Assembly: GCA_020725405.1 (NCBI GenBank)
Contig: DYFB01000015.1
Span: 32,157 to 96,156 of the forward strand
Direction: 5' to 3'
DNA: 64,000 nt
From: Symbiobacterium sp.
GTDB taxonomy: Bacteria; Bacillota; Sulfobacillia; UBA995; UBA9673
Shown: piece after piece, positions 62,291-64,000 of the stretch
How positions within the stretch are numbered: position 1 is the first letter of the stretch
Layout: the number at the start of each line of letters is the position of its first letter
The notes under the pieces: generated by a model
Told to the model about the DNA's origin: nothing
Seen by the model: only the letters and a program-made list of their open reading frames with translations
Database searches by the model: none
Program-made: the position numbers and the translations under genes

Positions 62291-63466
62291 TTACTGAGGG
62301 TGGACGCCCCTGCCGGTGAGACCGGAGAACGACTCGGGGCGACCGGCGAAGTGCGTCCGGGGCAGAAGTCCGGCGGCCACGGCCTCGAGGGCCTCGGCGA
62401 GGGCCTTGTTGGCCGGTGCGTCGAGGCCGAGGCGCCCGGCGCACCTGACCACTGCTCCGTTGAGGAAAGACACTTCGCTGCGGTCGCGGCCGGCCTGGAG
62501 ATCGATCCAGAAGGAAGGCATCTTCCCTCCGCGGCCGCCGACCACGCGACCACCGAGGAGTCTCCGGAAGAGCGGCTCAGGCAGGAGGCGTCCGAGCGCG
62601 GCCAGAAGACGCACCGGGTAGCCGGGGAGGTCGACGGCGGGAATACCCGCGCGCTCCATGACCCTCAGGGCCTCCCGGAAGGCCAGCCAGTCGAGCCGGA
62701 AAAGCAACGGGTCGGCGACGACTTCCCGTGGAGAGAGGTCGAAGATGGCGCAGGTGGCGTTGGCCCAGAGATTGAGGAGCACCTTCGACCACTTGACCGA
62801 GTCGGCTCTCGGGTAGACCCTGACCCCGAAGCCGGCGGCGCGGAGGCTCTCCACCAGGGCGGCCTGAGCCCGGCCGTGCGGTCCCGGTCCCAGACCCCGT
62901 CCTTCCTGGGTTTTCCGGCCGCCCGCCGCCTCTGGCCCGAGAGGGGCGACGGTGAGGCCGCCCCGGTCCGTCAGGAGCCGGACCCGCCCGGGTCCCGGTC
63001 GCTCGACGCTGAGGGTGATGGCTCCCGCCAGGACACGCTCGGGCGGGAAGCGGGCGGCGGCGCGCTCCTCGGAGCCGAGCCCGTTCTGCAGACAGAGGAC
63101 GACCGGCTCGGCTCCGGCCGGGAGGTCTTGGGCCAGCTCGTCGACCGCCCCCTCGACATCGTAGGCCTTCACCGCCAGGATTACCGCTTCGGGCGCCCCC
63201 AGCTCGCGGACGGCCTCGCTGACGCTGGTGAAGGCCGGAGCGTGGAGCGGCCCGGGATCGAACCCGTCCTCAAGGATGAGTCCTGAGTTCCGGACGGCCT
63301 CGAGGTGCGGGCCGCGGCCAATGAGGGCCACCGGCATCCCTGTCCGGAAGAGCCGTCCGCCGACCAGACTGCCTATAGCCCCTGACCCGCAGCAGAACAC
63401 GGGACCGCCGGGAGAGGAGAGACGCCCGGAAAAACCCGTCCCGGCGGGCGGGCGGAGGGTCGTCAA
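62291..63466 (-). CDS. panE: ketopantoate reductase family
   Basis: GSGAIG, AVKAYD, LQNG, KWSKV..N, PS...D....RSE...LNG. Confidence 0.8.
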   Translation of the reverse strand: MTTLRPPAGTGFSGRLSSPGGPVFCCGSGAIGSLVGGRLFRTGMPVALIGRGPHLEAVRNSGLILEDGFDPGPLHAPAFTSVSEAVRELGAPEAVILAVKAYDVEGAVDELAQDLPAGAEPVVLCLQNGLGSEERAAARFPPERVLAGAITLSVERPGPGRVRLLTDRGGLTVAPLGPEAAGGRKTQEGRGLGPGPHGRAQAALVESLRAAGFGVRVYPRADSVKWSKVLLNLWANATCAIFDLSPREVVADPLLFRLDWLAFREALRVMERAGIPAVDLPGYPVRLLAALGRLLPEPLFRRLLGGRVVGGRGGKMPSFWIDLQAGRDRSEVSFLNGAVVRCAGRLGLDAPANKALAEALEAVAAGLLPRTHFAGRPESFSGLTGRGVHPQ

Positions 63467-64000
63467 GAGTCCTTTCCCTCGACGGCGATTTTCTGCGTGA
63501 ACCGGAGCTCCTTACCCTGAAGAAGCCGCCTGATGTTCGCCCGGTGCTGCCATATGGCGGCCGCGGCAAGGGCCACTCCGAGGGCGACGACCGCCGGCGG
63601 CTGTCCGAGCAGATACAGGAGGAGCGCGGCTGCCGTCAGACCCAGCATCGACCCCAGGGAGGCGTAGCCGGAAACGAGAACGACGAGTATCCACACCCCC
63701 GCGGCCCCCAGGGCGACGAGCGGTGCAAGCGCCAGTAGGGCGCCGAGGCTCGTCGCCACTCCCTTGCCGCCCTGAAAACGCAGGAAGACCGACCAGTTGT
63801 GTCCGGCAACGGCGAGGGCGGCCGCCAGGGCCAGGGTTCCCACCGGGAGACCGAGATGCCGTCCAACGAGAACGGGCAGGAAGCCCTTGGCCGCGTCGAG
63901 GGCGAACACCACGGCGGCCCAGGCCGGGCCGAGGGTCCTCAGGACGTTAGTCGTTCCGATATTCCCACTACCGTAGCGGCGGATATCCACCTTCTTGACC
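63463..64000 (-). CDS. plsY: glycerol-3-phosphate acyltransferase PlsY, 5'-truncated by window
   Basis: GSGNIGTTN, D..KG, GH.W..F..F.GGKGVAT, H..NI.RL. Confidence 0.95.
   Translation of the reverse strand, partial: VKKVDIRRYGSGNIGTTNVLRTLGPAWAAVVFALDAAKGFLPVLVGRHLGLPVGTLALAAALAVAGHNWSVFLRFQGGKGVATSLGALLALAPLVALGAAGVWILVVLVSGYASLGSMLGLTAAALLLYLLGQPPAVVALGVALAAAAIWQHRANIRRLLQGKELRFTQKIAVEGKDS

Noticed and set aside
1..64000. tRNA/rRNA/tmRNA, transposases, integrases, prophage or defence genes
   Set aside because: None recognised by eye; tRNAscan and Infernal runs would be needed to exclude RNAs formally.

Overview
Chromosomal segment of a very GC-rich (visually about 70%), probably anaerobic, endospore-forming Bacillota bacterium. 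Sporulation evidence: SpoIIP, SpoVK, three alpha/beta SASPs, sigG/sigE-like promoters. It also carries Gram-positive-type GAAC-N4-GTTC SOS boxes. The left 29 kb is mostly + strand core genes: 2-oxoacid:Fd oxidoreductase, PHP, TldD/TldE, PxpA/PxpBC, AcuB, ManC, miaB-mutS-mutL-miaA-hfq-spoVK-GTPase-membrane protein-hflX, ynbB, lexA. A Xer dif-like 28-mer at 30557-30584, plus the switch to - strand genes further right, suggests the window spans the replication terminus. Right of dif is an accessory patch: APH kinase, CD3324-like regulator with leader ORF and flanking repeats, pseudo-receiver with a KaiC remnant, ldh, two tandem formate dehydrogenase genes, an AsnB-CofE fusion and a pseudogene. 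Then come - strand genes: gltX, an AOR cluster, HDAC, dinB, ndk, M42 peptidase, speD, panE, plsY. Top leads are (1) the asparagine synthetase fused to a CofE-like ligase; (2) the FDH pair, one lacking the catalytic Arg and one fused to a GltD-like NADPH module; (3) an unannotated LexA-controlled 57-aa ORF beside dif; (4) an apparent ACG start for mutL; (5) a spoVK-GTPase-UbiA-like module; (6) a structured speD leader. No rRNA, tRNA, CRISPR array, transposase or integrase was recognised. All calls come from motif recognition by eye; no searches were run.
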